64,000 bases of DNA, taken from the sequence record MZ561532; one strand, written 5' to 3'. This DNA is from Shigella phage PSD9. Positions within the stretch are counted from its first letter, which is position 1; each line of letters starts with the position of its first letter. Under the pieces are notes generated by a model. The model had not been told where the DNA came from. It did no database searches and worked only from the letters and a program-made list of their open reading frames with translations. The position numbers and the translations under genes were made by a program. Shown piece by piece: positions 45,789 through 55,009 of this stretch.

Positions 45789-46483
45789 TTCAGGAATCCT
45801 CGAACGTAGTCAAAATCACGTTCAAATACGTGTGCACTAACCATAGTATGGGAATACGTACCCAGACCAACACCACACTGTTCAGCAATAAAGGCCATCA
45901 GTTTACCCTGCAGATAGAAATCCAGCTGCATAACAATAGCACAGTTCTGTGAACGCATATGGGTATGTGCATAAAGACGTCCATCACGAATATAATATGT
46001 CACTGAATCAGTACATGGATATTCTAAGGATTCGTCAGAATCAAGGAGGGCTTGGTCTTGTTCTTGGAGAATTTGGAACACAACTCGTCTTGAGTTAGGC
46101 TTCTCTTTAAGCTCTTTAAGTAAGGCTGGGAGTTGGGCCACAATTCTAGGTCCATAGAAAGTGTTGAAGTTTGCAGGCAATACGTCACTTTTCGGCTTAT
46201 CAATGAACTTAGCAACATTAGGGTATTCCTTAAATGCTTCGGCGGCGTCAGTACCACCAGAAATCATAAACTTCCAGAAAGATTCGGCATAATCATAGCT
46301 GATACGATTAATACGAGGGTCGGTGAATTTATAGGTGCTTGCATCCAGTACTTCTACCGAAGCAGAACCAATTTCATAACAACGGCCGATACGAGAATCA
46401 ACTGCAAACTGTGGAGCTTCCAGGATTTCTTCGTTCATTTGCTTAAACGCGTTTTCAAAACTAACAGCGGTAATGTGTTTCAT
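45785..46483 (-). CDS. 42: dCMP hydroxymethylase gp42 (thymidylate-synthase fold)
   Basis: 232-aa ORF; KPNSRRVVF, CTDSVTYYIRDGRLYAHTHMRSQNCAIVM and SAHVFERDF align with recalled T4 gp42 (NPDSRRGIM, CTNTVQYLIRDKKINAVVNMRSNDVVFG, GSLHVYSRHF). Confidence 0.8.
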   Translation of the reverse strand: MKHITAVSFENAFKQMNEEILEAPQFAVDSRIGRCYEIGSASVEVLDASTYKFTDPRINRISYDYAESFWKFMISGGTDAAEAFKEYPNVAKFIDKPKSDVLPANFNTFYGPRIVAQLPALLKELKEKPNSRRVVFQILQEQDQALLDSDESLEYPCTDSVTYYIRDGRLYAHTHMRSQNCAIVMQLDFYLQGKLMAFIAEQCGVGLGTYSHTMVSAHVFERDFDYVRGFLK

Positions 46484-47016
46484 TTATTCACCTTATTTTC
46501 AATATATTCATTCAGACGTTTTAATTCTACCATATCGACGTTAAGCAAGTTATTATGGCCGTCGTGATTTAAGATTTTAAACACGTTTTCAAAACATGTT
46601 TCGTATTGGCGGATAGTTAGGTTGAACTCATCTTTGGTTAATTTAATAAGGTCATCTTCAAAGTCTTTATCCAGTGGATTACGGGTTAAAATAACCTCAA
46701 TAATATTGAATTCAGATTTAAACCTTTTCCAATCTTCCAGTTCTACATAAGGGTCCATTTCACCGCGAAGGAATCCCGAGTAAACAATATTACTTGGATA
46801 ACCACGGTCAAGGATGTAAACGAAATTAGGGTCTAAAAACTTATACAACGTCTCGACTAAAGCCTTGTCATTATCGGTCCCTAATGAAATGCATTTGCCA
46901 TTAATCTTTTTAGGGAAATCAATAAGACGATATTTCTTATCAGATAAAAGTGATTCAATTAAAGTAGACTTCCCGGAATTATCCGGGCCGTCGATAACAA
47001 TGATTTTTGGTTTCAC
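46480..47016 (-). CDS. P-loop nucleotide/nucleoside kinase-like protein (thymidylate-kinase fold)
   Basis: Walker A IVIDGPDNSGKSTL at the N-terminus and a downstream LDRGYPS (DR motif); ATGA coupling to gene 42. Confidence 0.6.
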   Translation of the reverse strand: MKPKIIVIDGPDNSGKSTLIESLLSDKKYRLIDFPKKINGKCISLGTDNDKALVETLYKFLDPNFVYILDRGYPSNIVYSGFLRGEMDPYVELEDWKRFKSEFNIIEVILTRNPLDKDFEDDLIKLTKDEFNLTIRQYETCFENVFKILNHDGHNNLLNVDMVELKRLNEYIENKVNK

Positions 47017-47387
47017 GGATGATATGCCTTATAGGTTTCAAGAGTTCCTTCACGAACCATTTCTTTAAAGTGGTCAGGACGGATTGCTCGGTCATCGATG
47101 ATAAAAGTATAACTCGGCTTATGTGTAAGCAGATTGTGATATTTCAATCCAATCTTTTCAAGGTTCTTAACTAATGCAGGAACTACTTCAACCAAGATTC
47201 GACCCGGGCCGCATGAAGTCATACCACGGGCAGTGAACAAGGTAATCTCGTACCCTTCATCATAAAGCTTATTAATCATGGACACCATTTCGGTGTCCGG
47301 TTTAAAGTTTTCGTAATCACGGTCATCTTGCCAGTGAGTAATGGTATTATCGATATCAAAACACAGATGCATTAAATTTTCTTCCAT
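47013..47387 (-). CDS. HAD-superfamily phosphatase-like protein
   Basis: HAD motif I CFDIDNTIT (DxDxT), motif II LFTARG, motif IV FIIDDRA; ATGA coupling to the kinase gene. Confidence 0.6.
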   Translation of the reverse strand: MEENLMHLCFDIDNTITHWQDDRDYENFKPDTEMVSMINKLYDEGYEITLFTARGMTSCGPGRILVEVVPALVKNLEKIGLKYHNLLTHKPSYTFIIDDRAIRPDHFKEMVREGTLETYKAYHP

Positions 47388-49045
47388 TGTTTGTGGAGTT
47401 CGGTAGAACCTGTAGGTTTATATTTTACACCAGTTTCCTGGTCAAGCAAAACCCACTTATCAGGACAACGAGTGATAATTTGAGCCGTGATAGGGTCGCG
47501 AACTTCATCAACGAATTCACCTGTGATAAGCTTACGCTTACGAGGATGCCGCTTCAGCAGCACACTCAGTTGATATAGCCCATTGTAATAAGCGCCCAGA
47601 GCTTTCAGAGGGTTATTTTTAAAGTAACCTGCCAATGCCATCCAAATAACGGCAATCCAGAGCTTGTGCTTAAATGTACACATCGGAATATCATCTAAAG
47701 GCATAACCTTTTCAATATCAACGAATACACGAGTTCCGTTACGAGTTAAGCCACCCCATAGAGGGTCAGAGTTAAATTTGTCATAACCATCGATAGAATA
47801 AAGCACCTTAGCTTCATCATAAATCGCAGGGCCTTTAGAACTATTACCAAAATAACCACGTGGGTCGATGATTTTAATATTACCTTCGTCCGACAACATA
47901 ATATTACTGTAGTGCGGGTCGCCATGAATAAGTTGGTACGGTTCTTTATGTTCAGACAGAATTTCTAGTGCATGACGAAGAAGTTTTTCAGGGTCGCCTA
48001 CCTTAAAGTCATTGACATGGGTAATGCCCTGTGGAGCAAAGCCTTCAATCAATCCGGCAATAGAAGCATTACGAATAAGGACCTTGTCCAATACTTCTTT
48101 CTTAACATCAGAATACCATTGCTCATCGGACGGATTATCGATAGTCCCACCGAACGAACGTAATGCACTAATAACCTTATAAACCATTAGGACTTTAGTT
48201 TCTTTAGACATAAACCGGTAGGCATCTGCCATGGTTCGACCAAAGATACGTTCCATTTTAATGAATTCGCCTGGAGCAAAGTCTACAATGCTAGGAACGA
48301 ATTCGGAATCAATAGAATTATACCAATTGATTTCTTTAGATTGGATTTCTTTACCCAATTCGTTAGTTGGTACTTTAATAGCTAGATTCTCGGTGAACTC
48401 TAATTTATTAAATTCACGGTTAATTTCAGAATCTTCATGCGCCTTAGCCAGTTTCAGTTTGTCACCAACATCAACTACAAAGTCTAACTTACGTTCAGTC
48501 AAATGGACCATTGAATCCAGGTTGTCAGCAAGGTCTTCACCATAATTAGAACGGTCGAAACCTGTCCAATTAGCCACCTGATACAAGCCAACTACGCCAC
48601 CACCGGTACCAATTTCACGCAAGTACGGTTCTTCAAATGTAAAACGACAGTCAGTCCCATAGGTATAACAGTAGTCGTTATCCCACTCAACTTTATGACC
48701 TTCAGGAATAATATCACACCAGTTAAACAAGACATTGTGCCCAATGATATCTTCGGCAATGCAATCGATAGCATGAGCCGAACCATTGGCAACATCAACG
48801 TTACGAATAGTGAATTTAGGCTTATCACTATTAATCATGTTAATGGATTTAATATAGCCTTTAACGAGGTCGTTAAATTTGCTGTGAATAACCAGAATAA
48901 TTTCATCTGATTGATTACTATACAAATCATACAAATGTTTTAATACAGTATGTTGTTTGTAGTTAACCAGTACCTTCGGGATTTCGTTGGTAATTGGATA
49001 CAACCGTGAGCCAAGACCCGCGCCTAAAATAACAACCTTTTTCAT
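47372..49045 (-). CDS. Bifunctional sugar-1-phosphate nucleotidyltransferase / APH-type anomeric sugar kinase-like protein
   Basis: Track ORF 47372..49075; ATG 49045 with SD GAGGAAC gives MKKVVILGAGLGSRLYPITNEIPKVLV (nucleotidyltransferase G-x-G-x-R-L motif); C-terminal HGDPHYSNIML and IDPRGYFG are kinase catalytic and metal-binding motifs of the aminoglycoside-phosphotransferase fold. Confidence 0.6.
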   Translation of the reverse strand: MKKVVILGAGLGSRLYPITNEIPKVLVNYKQHTVLKHLYDLYSNQSDEIILVIHSKFNDLVKGYIKSINMINSDKPKFTIRNVDVANGSAHAIDCIAEDIIGHNVLFNWCDIIPEGHKVEWDNDYCYTYGTDCRFTFEEPYLREIGTGGGVVGLYQVANWTGFDRSNYGEDLADNLDSMVHLTERKLDFVVDVGDKLKLAKAHEDSEINREFNKLEFTENLAIKVPTNELGKEIQSKEINWYNSIDSEFVPSIVDFAPGEFIKMERIFGRTMADAYRFMSKETKVLMVYKVISALRSFGGTIDNPSDEQWYSDVKKEVLDKVLIRNASIAGLIEGFAPQGITHVNDFKVGDPEKLLRHALEILSEHKEPYQLIHGDPHYSNIMLSDEGNIKIIDPRGYFGNSSKGPAIYDEAKVLYSIDGYDKFNSDPLWGGLTRNGTRVFVDIEKVMPLDDIPMCTFKHKLWIAVIWMALAGYFKNNPLKALGAYYNGLYQLSVLLKRHPRKRKLITGEFVDEVRDPITAQIITRCPDKWVLLDQETGVKYKPTGSTELHKQWKKI

Positions 49046-49105
49046 TATCTGTTCCTCAAGTGAATGTAGGTACATTATACACTATTTTTAATAAATTGGT
49101 ATTGC

Positions 49106-49606
49106 TTAAATCTTATCTTTACCGATTTCAATACACTGTTCTATTGCCGCCGGTACTTTGGTCTTGAGCTTATCGATTTGTTTCTTATAATCACGAGCTT
49201 TACCGAAGCTCTCGGTTTCGAGCATTTCGTAATAACGAGCCTCGTGGATGGAAATCTGTAGATTGATATGGTTTACGCACATCGCATACAGTTTCTGCTT
49301 TTTGTACAAATCATCTTGACGCTTCATTTCTGCCTGGTGTTTGGCTAGTACCGCTTCACGCTTGGACTCTTGTTCACGTTGGAATTCGATTTCTTGTTGA
49401 GCATATTTTGCACAGTTATTACCGCATTGATTATTAGCTCGGGTGTACACAAGTCCAGAACCTGCACGGAATTTCATTTCGCCATCGAATTGTTTCTGTT
49501 CAGCTGCGATACGAGCTTTACCAACTTCATCGGCCGAAACTGTATCACCATATTGGACCGCGCAACCTGATAGGAGCATACTCATTGCGATAATTAACTT
49601 TTTCAT
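49106..49606 (-). CDS. Predicted lipoprotein (166 aa)
   Basis: Signal peptide and lipobox MKKLIIAMSMLLSGC; downstream of the imm-like genes. Confidence 0.55.
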   Translation of the reverse strand: MKKLIIAMSMLLSGCAVQYGDTVSADEVGKARIAAEQKQFDGEMKFRAGSGLVYTRANNQCGNNCAKYAQQEIEFQREQESKREAVLAKHQAEMKRQDDLYKKQKLYAMCVNHINLQISIHEARYYEMLETESFGKARDYKKQIDKLKTKVPAAIEQCIEIGKDKI

Positions 49607-49613
49607 AATATCC

Positions 49614-49751
49614 TCAATTAAAACAGTTATACTTAATTTGTGCTATAAGAATAATCCATCCAATGATGAGTGTCGGAATCATTGGCGGAATTGCCACTGC
49701 CCAATAAACGGTAAAGGCAGCCATTATAAGAAATAAAACAATTATTTTCAT
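49614..49751 (-). CDS. Small membrane peptide (45 aa), imm.1-like by position
   Basis: ATG 49751 overlaps the imm stop (ATGA); translation MKIIVLFLIMAAFTVYWAVAIPPMIPTLIIGWIILIAQIKYNCFN. Confidence 0.35.
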   Translation of the reverse strand: MKIIVLFLIMAAFTVYWAVAIPPMIPTLIIGWIILIAQIKYNCFN

Positions 49752-49984
49752 TGTTTAACAATAATGATTTGTGCGTTTGATTTACGTTCAGCGACGATAG
49801 CCCAGATTAAAGCCACTACCCAACCAATCATCGTCCAGCCTAACAGGAGATTAAGGAAGAAAATTCCTACATTACTACGAGTGCCTCGCAGAAGAGCCAG
49901 AATCCATGGTAAAAAGTAACCGATGAACATAATAACCAGAGAACCGAATCCTAAAACACCAGCACTAACGATTAAAGCTTCCAT
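49748..49984 (-). CDS. imm: Superinfection immunity protein Imm-like (two TM helices)
   Basis: 78-aa membrane ORF immediately downstream of gene 43 as in T4; assignment by position and topology. Confidence 0.55.
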   Translation of the reverse strand: MEALIVSAGVLGFGSLVIMFIGYFLPWILALLRGTRSNVGIFFLNLLLGWTMIGWVVALIWAIVAERKSNAQIIIVKQ

Positions 49985-50002
49985 TGTAATTTCCTCATGT
50001 AG

Positions 50003-50044
50003 TTGATAGGAAGGATACTACCACGTTCCTTGTGGTATGTAAAC
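50003..50044 (-). promoter_or_regulatory. Early promoter with conserved box, upstream of imm
   Basis: Minus strand GTTTAC-N18-TAGTAT-CCTTCCTATCAA. Confidence 0.5.
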
Positions 50045-50046
50045 AC

Positions 50047-52758
50047 TTAAAAGTCGAACATATCAAATAATGTTGCTTTTTTCTCGTAGTCGATTTTAGC
50101 AGACTCAGTAAAACCGGTCAGAGGTTTGATAAAGGTCTTTTGGAACAGTACGTTGTAGTCCATCCAACGGAGGACTTGGTCACGAATCTGAACCGGAAGT
50201 TCAATACCTGACGGCCATGCCATACAAGCTTCACCAAACGGGTTGCCTTCTTTAAGTGGCAGTACATATACCTTTTCACCATCAACGATACGAGGCATAG
50301 TCAAATCACCTGCAGAAGCACGCATGTAAGCTAAGCAACCTTTGATGTGGTATGGACATTTAGAACCCGGGAATCCACCTTCATTATATTTCTCGATGTT
50401 GTTAGCACTGGATACTGCTGCAATGCTTACATAATCGAGTTCGTTAAATTCCTTATTAAACTGTTTGAAATATTCTTGCAAAGATGCCTCGCCTTCCTGA
50501 AGCATACGACGGATACATTCCTTCAGAGCTTTCTGAACTGCTTTAGGTGTACTTGATTTCTGAGTTTCGAGACCCATGATTTTCAAGTGTGGTTCAGCAT
50601 AACGAGTACCTTCCATGTCCCAAACGTTAAGTGCATAACGTTTCTTGCCTGTCCAGAATCCACCAAGGCCTTTAGAACCAAGTGGAGGACCTGCGATAGC
50701 TTCTCGGTCCATGAACATCAAGTGTTGTTTGTTGTTCATGTATTCGCACATCTCACGGAAGCCTGCATCAATAGCTGGTTCCATACGTTCACGTGCAAAT
50801 TTATCTAAGAAGTCGACCCAGTGGTTAGTATCACGGAATTTATCTTCGCCTACTTTATTGATGATTGCATCTGCCTTAACATAAATGGAGTCAGTATCAC
50901 CGTAGAGCACGAACTTCTGGTTTTCAGTCTTACACACACTATTCAGATATTCGTTAACCTTACGTTCAATCCATTGGAGGGCCATTTGACCAAACAATGT
51001 GATTGCAGTTGCGTTCCTGAGGTCATAGTAACGGAACCATACGTTACCAAGTGCACCATAAAGGGAGTTGATAAGCAACTTACGGTTAATCTGAGCAGTG
51101 TTACCTGCAACTTCAGTGAGCTCGGCTTTCTTCAACATTTCTCTTAAAGAAGGCGCTGACAGTGCTTTAATCTGGGCTTTGATTTCGTCAGAGAAGTCAA
51201 AACGATAATCGATATCCAGTGGACTATCAACTGAGAGATTAGGATTTTCCAATGCTTCTTTAATTAACTCGCCATTACGTTGAGCTGCAAGCATGTAACC
51301 TTTATGTTCTTTACGCTGCAAGAATACCTTTGTGATTTCTGTCGGAATCACACCTTCACGGTCTTTATAATACATCATGCCGTTAGGAGAGCAACTGTAG
51401 GTGTCGCTAGGACGCGGAGCTGTTCCGGCAATATATTCATGTATCGGTGCGTTAGCGAATGTCCCTGCGATGGTCTCTGGGCTTATATTCACTTGTCGAA
51501 TGATACTCGGATACAGAGATGTAAGGTCGAAACTCATTACATATTTGTAAGCGTTAGGAATCGGTTCCTTAACGAAAGCACCAGGATAAGGTTGGACCAC
51601 GTGTGAGCGAGCTTGTGGAATTACCTTGCCTTGTTCTTTAAGGCTATTAAAGATAATAGCGTCCCAAGTCTTAATTGGGCTGAACACCGACTGAATCTGC
51701 ATCTTGGCATAATAACCCATGTCCAAACTCAGAAGAATGAACTGACGCTTCATATCAATCTGCACTACACGATATACGTCGATAATGTTATAGGAAATAT
51801 ATCGTTGGTGGTTCGTCTCACGTAACTTAGAGATTGGACCATCATATTTCAACTTACCCACTTTCAATTCATATTCAGAAACATAATCCAGAGAATAAGA
51901 AGGCTGGTTGGTGAAGCTGAATTTTTTATAGAGGTCGATATAATCCAGAACAGAGATACCGAACAATGTAATGATTTCACGAGCACCGTACATGTTCTCA
52001 ATAACTTTAACACGAGTTTTACGATGTGGGCTTAATCGCTTAGCAGTGTTCTCACCGAACAGATTTTTCAGACGGTTATAAACGTACGGTACGTCAAACG
52101 ACTCAACGTTCCATCCAGTCAAAATCACAGGAGTTTTCTGTTGCCAGAAATTCAAGTACTCAAGCATCATTTCTTCTTCAGAATTAAACGGAAGATAAAC
52201 GATTTTGTCAATGATTTCCTGTGGAACTTCGTCACCGCCTTCGTCTTGGAGTTTCTCAGCGATTTTAATCGACCACTCTTCGACAGTACCATAAGGCGAA
52301 ACTAAAAGGTCGAATACATAGAATTTATCGTCAATCGAGTCGTAGTGGGTAATGGCATCGATAGGATGTTTAGCCTGAGCTGGTTCAGGGAATCCATCAG
52401 GAGATGTTACCTCGATGTCGAAGTTAGCAATACGAATCTTAGAAGAATCATATCTGATTTCTTTACGATAGGTATCAGACAAATAGGCTAATTTATAGTC
52501 GTCCATACCCAGGGCTTCGAGACCCATATCGTCCATACGTTTCATCCATTGGGATGCATCACGCATAGAGTCGAATTCTTTCTTAACACAACCCTTACCA
52601 TAGATATCAATGTATTTTACGGCTTGCTCTGGATTAGCATGCATAAACATTGTAGGCTTGTAAGGAACTTCACGACTACGTTCGTTACCATTTTTATCGA
52701 TGTAACGTTCGAGAATATTATCACCGATTTGTTCGACTGTCAAATAGAATTCTTGCAT
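50047..52758 (-). CDS. 43: DNA polymerase gp43 (family B)
   Basis: Track ORF 50047..52818; ATG 52758 gives MQEFYLTVEQIGDNILERYIDKNGNERSREV..., matching the recalled T4 gp43 N-terminus (MKEFY...); exonuclease and polymerase motifs (e.g. YGDTDS) conserved throughout. Confidence 0.95.
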   Translation of the reverse strand: MQEFYLTVEQIGDNILERYIDKNGNERSREVPYKPTMFMHANPEQAVKYIDIYGKGCVKKEFDSMRDASQWMKRMDDMGLEALGMDDYKLAYLSDTYRKEIRYDSSKIRIANFDIEVTSPDGFPEPAQAKHPIDAITHYDSIDDKFYVFDLLVSPYGTVEEWSIKIAEKLQDEGGDEVPQEIIDKIVYLPFNSEEEMMLEYLNFWQQKTPVILTGWNVESFDVPYVYNRLKNLFGENTAKRLSPHRKTRVKVIENMYGAREIITLFGISVLDYIDLYKKFSFTNQPSYSLDYVSEYELKVGKLKYDGPISKLRETNHQRYISYNIIDVYRVVQIDMKRQFILLSLDMGYYAKMQIQSVFSPIKTWDAIIFNSLKEQGKVIPQARSHVVQPYPGAFVKEPIPNAYKYVMSFDLTSLYPSIIRQVNISPETIAGTFANAPIHEYIAGTAPRPSDTYSCSPNGMMYYKDREGVIPTEITKVFLQRKEHKGYMLAAQRNGELIKEALENPNLSVDSPLDIDYRFDFSDEIKAQIKALSAPSLREMLKKAELTEVAGNTAQINRKLLINSLYGALGNVWFRYYDLRNATAITLFGQMALQWIERKVNEYLNSVCKTENQKFVLYGDTDSIYVKADAIINKVGEDKFRDTNHWVDFLDKFARERMEPAIDAGFREMCEYMNNKQHLMFMDREAIAGPPLGSKGLGGFWTGKKRYALNVWDMEGTRYAEPHLKIMGLETQKSSTPKAVQKALKECIRRMLQEGEASLQEYFKQFNKEFNELDYVSIAAVSSANNIEKYNEGGFPGSKCPYHIKGCLAYMRASAGDLTMPRIVDGEKVYVLPLKEGNPFGEACMAWPSGIELPVQIRDQVLRWMDYNVLFQKTFIKPLTGFTESAKIDYEKKATLFDMFDF

Positions 52759-52814
52759 TTCATTTCCTTTATAGACGAGTGATTGTCTTTTGTTTGTTGA
52801 TGAATCATTATACT

Positions 52815-52834
52815 CCAAAAGGGACCGAAGTCCC
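52815..52834 (-). terminator. GGGAC-UUCG-GUCCC hairpin plus U4 between regA-side genes and gene 43
   Basis: gggaccgaagtccc followed on the minus strand by UUUU, then a TATAAT-like hexamer (plus 52807..52812) upstream of the gene 43 leader. Confidence 0.5.
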
Positions 52835-52839
52835 TTTGC

Positions 52840-53055
52840 TTAAATTTCTATTGTAAAACGTTTAATGGATGGATTGCCATATTCGTCTTTAGTTCTAATC
52901 ATAACCTGGAAGACTTGCTGTCCGGGATGTAATAACTTATGGAGGTCCTTTTGAAATTCTATTTGGAGCTCTTCGGAAAGGTCAAAAACAGTTTGAGTTG
53001 GAGAAAGTCCGTATACCTCTTTAAGACGTTCACATGTTTCAATTTCAAGAATCAT
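52840..53055 (-). CDS. Hypothetical protein (about 71 aa; start uncertain)
   Basis: Track ORF 52840..53121; ATG 53055 (MILEIETCERLKEV...) just downstream of the regA stop. Confidence 0.4.
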   Translation of the reverse strand: MILEIETCERLKEVYGLSPTQTVFDLSEELQIEFQKDLHKLLHPGQQVFQVMIRTKDEYGNPSIKRFTIEI

Positions 53056-53056
53056 A

Positions 53057-53419
53057 TTAATTACCAATGGTGTACTTAGACAGTAGTTCCCAGTCATTTT
53101 TCTGCTTAAAGGAAATGACACGGAAGTTATTGGTGATTTCGAACAGTTCAGAGTCGTCTACGATATCAATCAGTCCCCACTCCTTAAGAAGCTGGGCAAT
53201 TGAATCACGACGTTGGTAGTCTTCACCATCGATATCAACTTGGCGGCCATCCATACGCAACATCTCTTTAAAGTGGACGATATAGTATAGCCCTTGCTTT
53301 TGCAGAATGTGGCAGGATTGATATAGTTTCTTTTCTTTATTATTAGCGATACCCATACGAGTTAGGGTCTCTTTCACTTTCAAGAAGTCTTCAGGTTGTT
53401 TCAGAGTAATTTCAATCAT
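53057..53419 (-). CDS. regA: Translational repressor RegA
   Basis: 120-aa ORF; N-terminal 60 residues nearly identical to recalled T4 RegA (MIEITLKQPEDFLKVKETLTRMGIANNKEKKLYQSCHILQK...). Confidence 0.9.
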   Translation of the reverse strand: MIEITLKQPEDFLKVKETLTRMGIANNKEKKLYQSCHILQKQGLYYIVHFKEMLRMDGRQVDIDGEDYQRRDSIAQLLKEWGLIDIVDDSELFEITNNFRVISFKQKNDWELLSKYTIGN

Positions 53420-53425
53420 TTTAAT

Positions 53426-53998
53426 TTACCATTCCAATGCTTTCTTTTTCAAGTCTTTTTGTTCTTTAACATTTTTAGTTACGGATTTCAGGAACTCGTC
53501 AGTAACCAGCCCTTTCATCTTCTTAAGAACCGCTGGAAGATGTCCTTTAATTTTATAAGTCTCGAGATAACGATAAGCGTCATCATTATTAATTGAATGG
53601 TATTTCATCAATAAACGAGTAATAAAAACTACACTAACTTCATCATCATGGGCCTTAGCCCATTTACCAAATCTCTTACCCTTAGGAACTGTGTGTAAAA
53701 GATAGTTGAAATGACTTTGGTCATCAAGTTTCAAACAGTTAACCATTGCAGCTTGCATAATGCAATCCACATGTTGGCTCAAACTATTATCGAGCCAAAA
53801 TTGATTATAGTTTTCCGATTGAGCCAGGTTACGTTGGTTCTTACCATACGTGATATCGTTCATAATAGCGAACAGTTCGTTTTCAGCCTTTTCTTTAAAT
53901 GAATCGGCCAAGGCTTGAATTGCAGCGTCATTACGTGATTTCCAAGCAACTTCATGTTCGTTCAGTTCGACGTCATCATCAAAAAGACTTATAGCCAT
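53426..53998 (-). CDS. 62: Clamp loader small subunit gp62
   Basis: 190-aa ORF between regA and gene 44, overlapping the gene 44 3' end as in T4. Confidence 0.8.
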   Translation of the reverse strand: MAISLFDDDVELNEHEVAWKSRNDAAIQALADSFKEKAENELFAIMNDITYGKNQRNLAQSENYNQFWLDNSLSQHVDCIMQAAMVNCLKLDDQSHFNYLLHTVPKGKRFGKWAKAHDDEVSVVFITRLLMKYHSINNDDAYRYLETYKIKGHLPAVLKKMKGLVTDEFLKSVTKNVKEQKDLKKKALEW

Positions 53999-54948
53999 TG
54001 GAGCTCCAGAGCAAGTTGGATGAACAGATAAGTCATGTGAATTTCTGGGTTAGCCGCAATACCATGGTATTGGTTATTTTCACCGACAATTTCGTACATT
54101 CTAACAATGCTTGGCCCAGGCAATTTACCATAGAGTTCGTTAGCCAGCGACATAATAAAGTTGGAATAATCGTTGACATGACGTGGAGCTAACGCACGGA
54201 GTTCTTTAAAGTTTTTATCTTTAAGTGCAGCCACTACTTCATCAATAGGCGAATTGGTATTCATTACAATACTCAAAATGCCTGTATCGATTTTACCACT
54301 GGATGAGTAACGGTCTAGTTGGTTAACTGTTTTACGGAAGTCAGGAAAGTTTTGTTTAACTAAGGCAGCAATAACTTTAAGGTCTTCGACTTCGATATTT
54401 TCGTTTTTACAGATTGCTACAGCACGATGAATCATTTCTTTCATCATGGATGTTTGGTCGGCCGGAGTGGCTTCACCAAATTTAATAACACGACAACGGG
54501 ATTGAAGTGGGCCGATAATACCATCAATATTGTTTGCTGTAATAATTACAGAACAGTTTGAGGAATAGGCTTCTAAGAACGAACGAAGGTGACGTTGAGC
54601 TTCAGCAACACCGGCGCGGTCGAATTCGTCGATAACAATTACCTTACGCTTACCTTCGATAGATTTAGAAGATGCAAAACGAGTAAGTTCATTACGAACG
54701 AAATCAATACGGCAGTCAGAACCGTTAACAAACAGCATATCTGAATTTGTATCAGCACACAATGCTTTAGCTACGGTAGTTTTACCTGTGCCTGGTGAAG
54801 CAGAGACTAGGATAATGTTAGGGATTAGACCCTTATTAACAATGGCTTGGAGGGTTTCTTTATCATGCGCAGGCAGAATACACTCAGATAAAGTACCTGG
54901 ACGATATTTCTGTTCCCACATGAATTCATTATTGTTTACTGTAAGCAT
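53989..54948 (-). CDS. 44: Clamp loader large subunit gp44 (AAA+)
   Basis: 319-aa ORF (T4 gp44 is 319 aa); Walker A SPGTGKTT and an AAA+ sensor region. Confidence 0.9.
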   Translation of the reverse strand: MLTVNNNEFMWEQKYRPGTLSECILPAHDKETLQAIVNKGLIPNIILVSASPGTGKTTVAKALCADTNSDMLFVNGSDCRIDFVRNELTRFASSKSIEGKRKVIVIDEFDRAGVAEAQRHLRSFLEAYSSNCSVIITANNIDGIIGPLQSRCRVIKFGEATPADQTSMMKEMIHRAVAICKNENIEVEDLKVIAALVKQNFPDFRKTVNQLDRYSSSGKIDTGILSIVMNTNSPIDEVVAALKDKNFKELRALAPRHVNDYSNFIMSLANELYGKLPGPSIVRMYEIVGENNQYHGIAANPEIHMTYLFIQLALELQWL

Positions 54949-55009
54949 ATTAATTTCCTCAGGTTTGTTTTTACATTATACTCCAAGGGAGGAATTTCCT
55001 CCCTATGCT

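Noticed and set aside
50347-52782. Multiple plus-strand track ORFs within gene 43
   Set aside because: Antisense to the DNA polymerase gene
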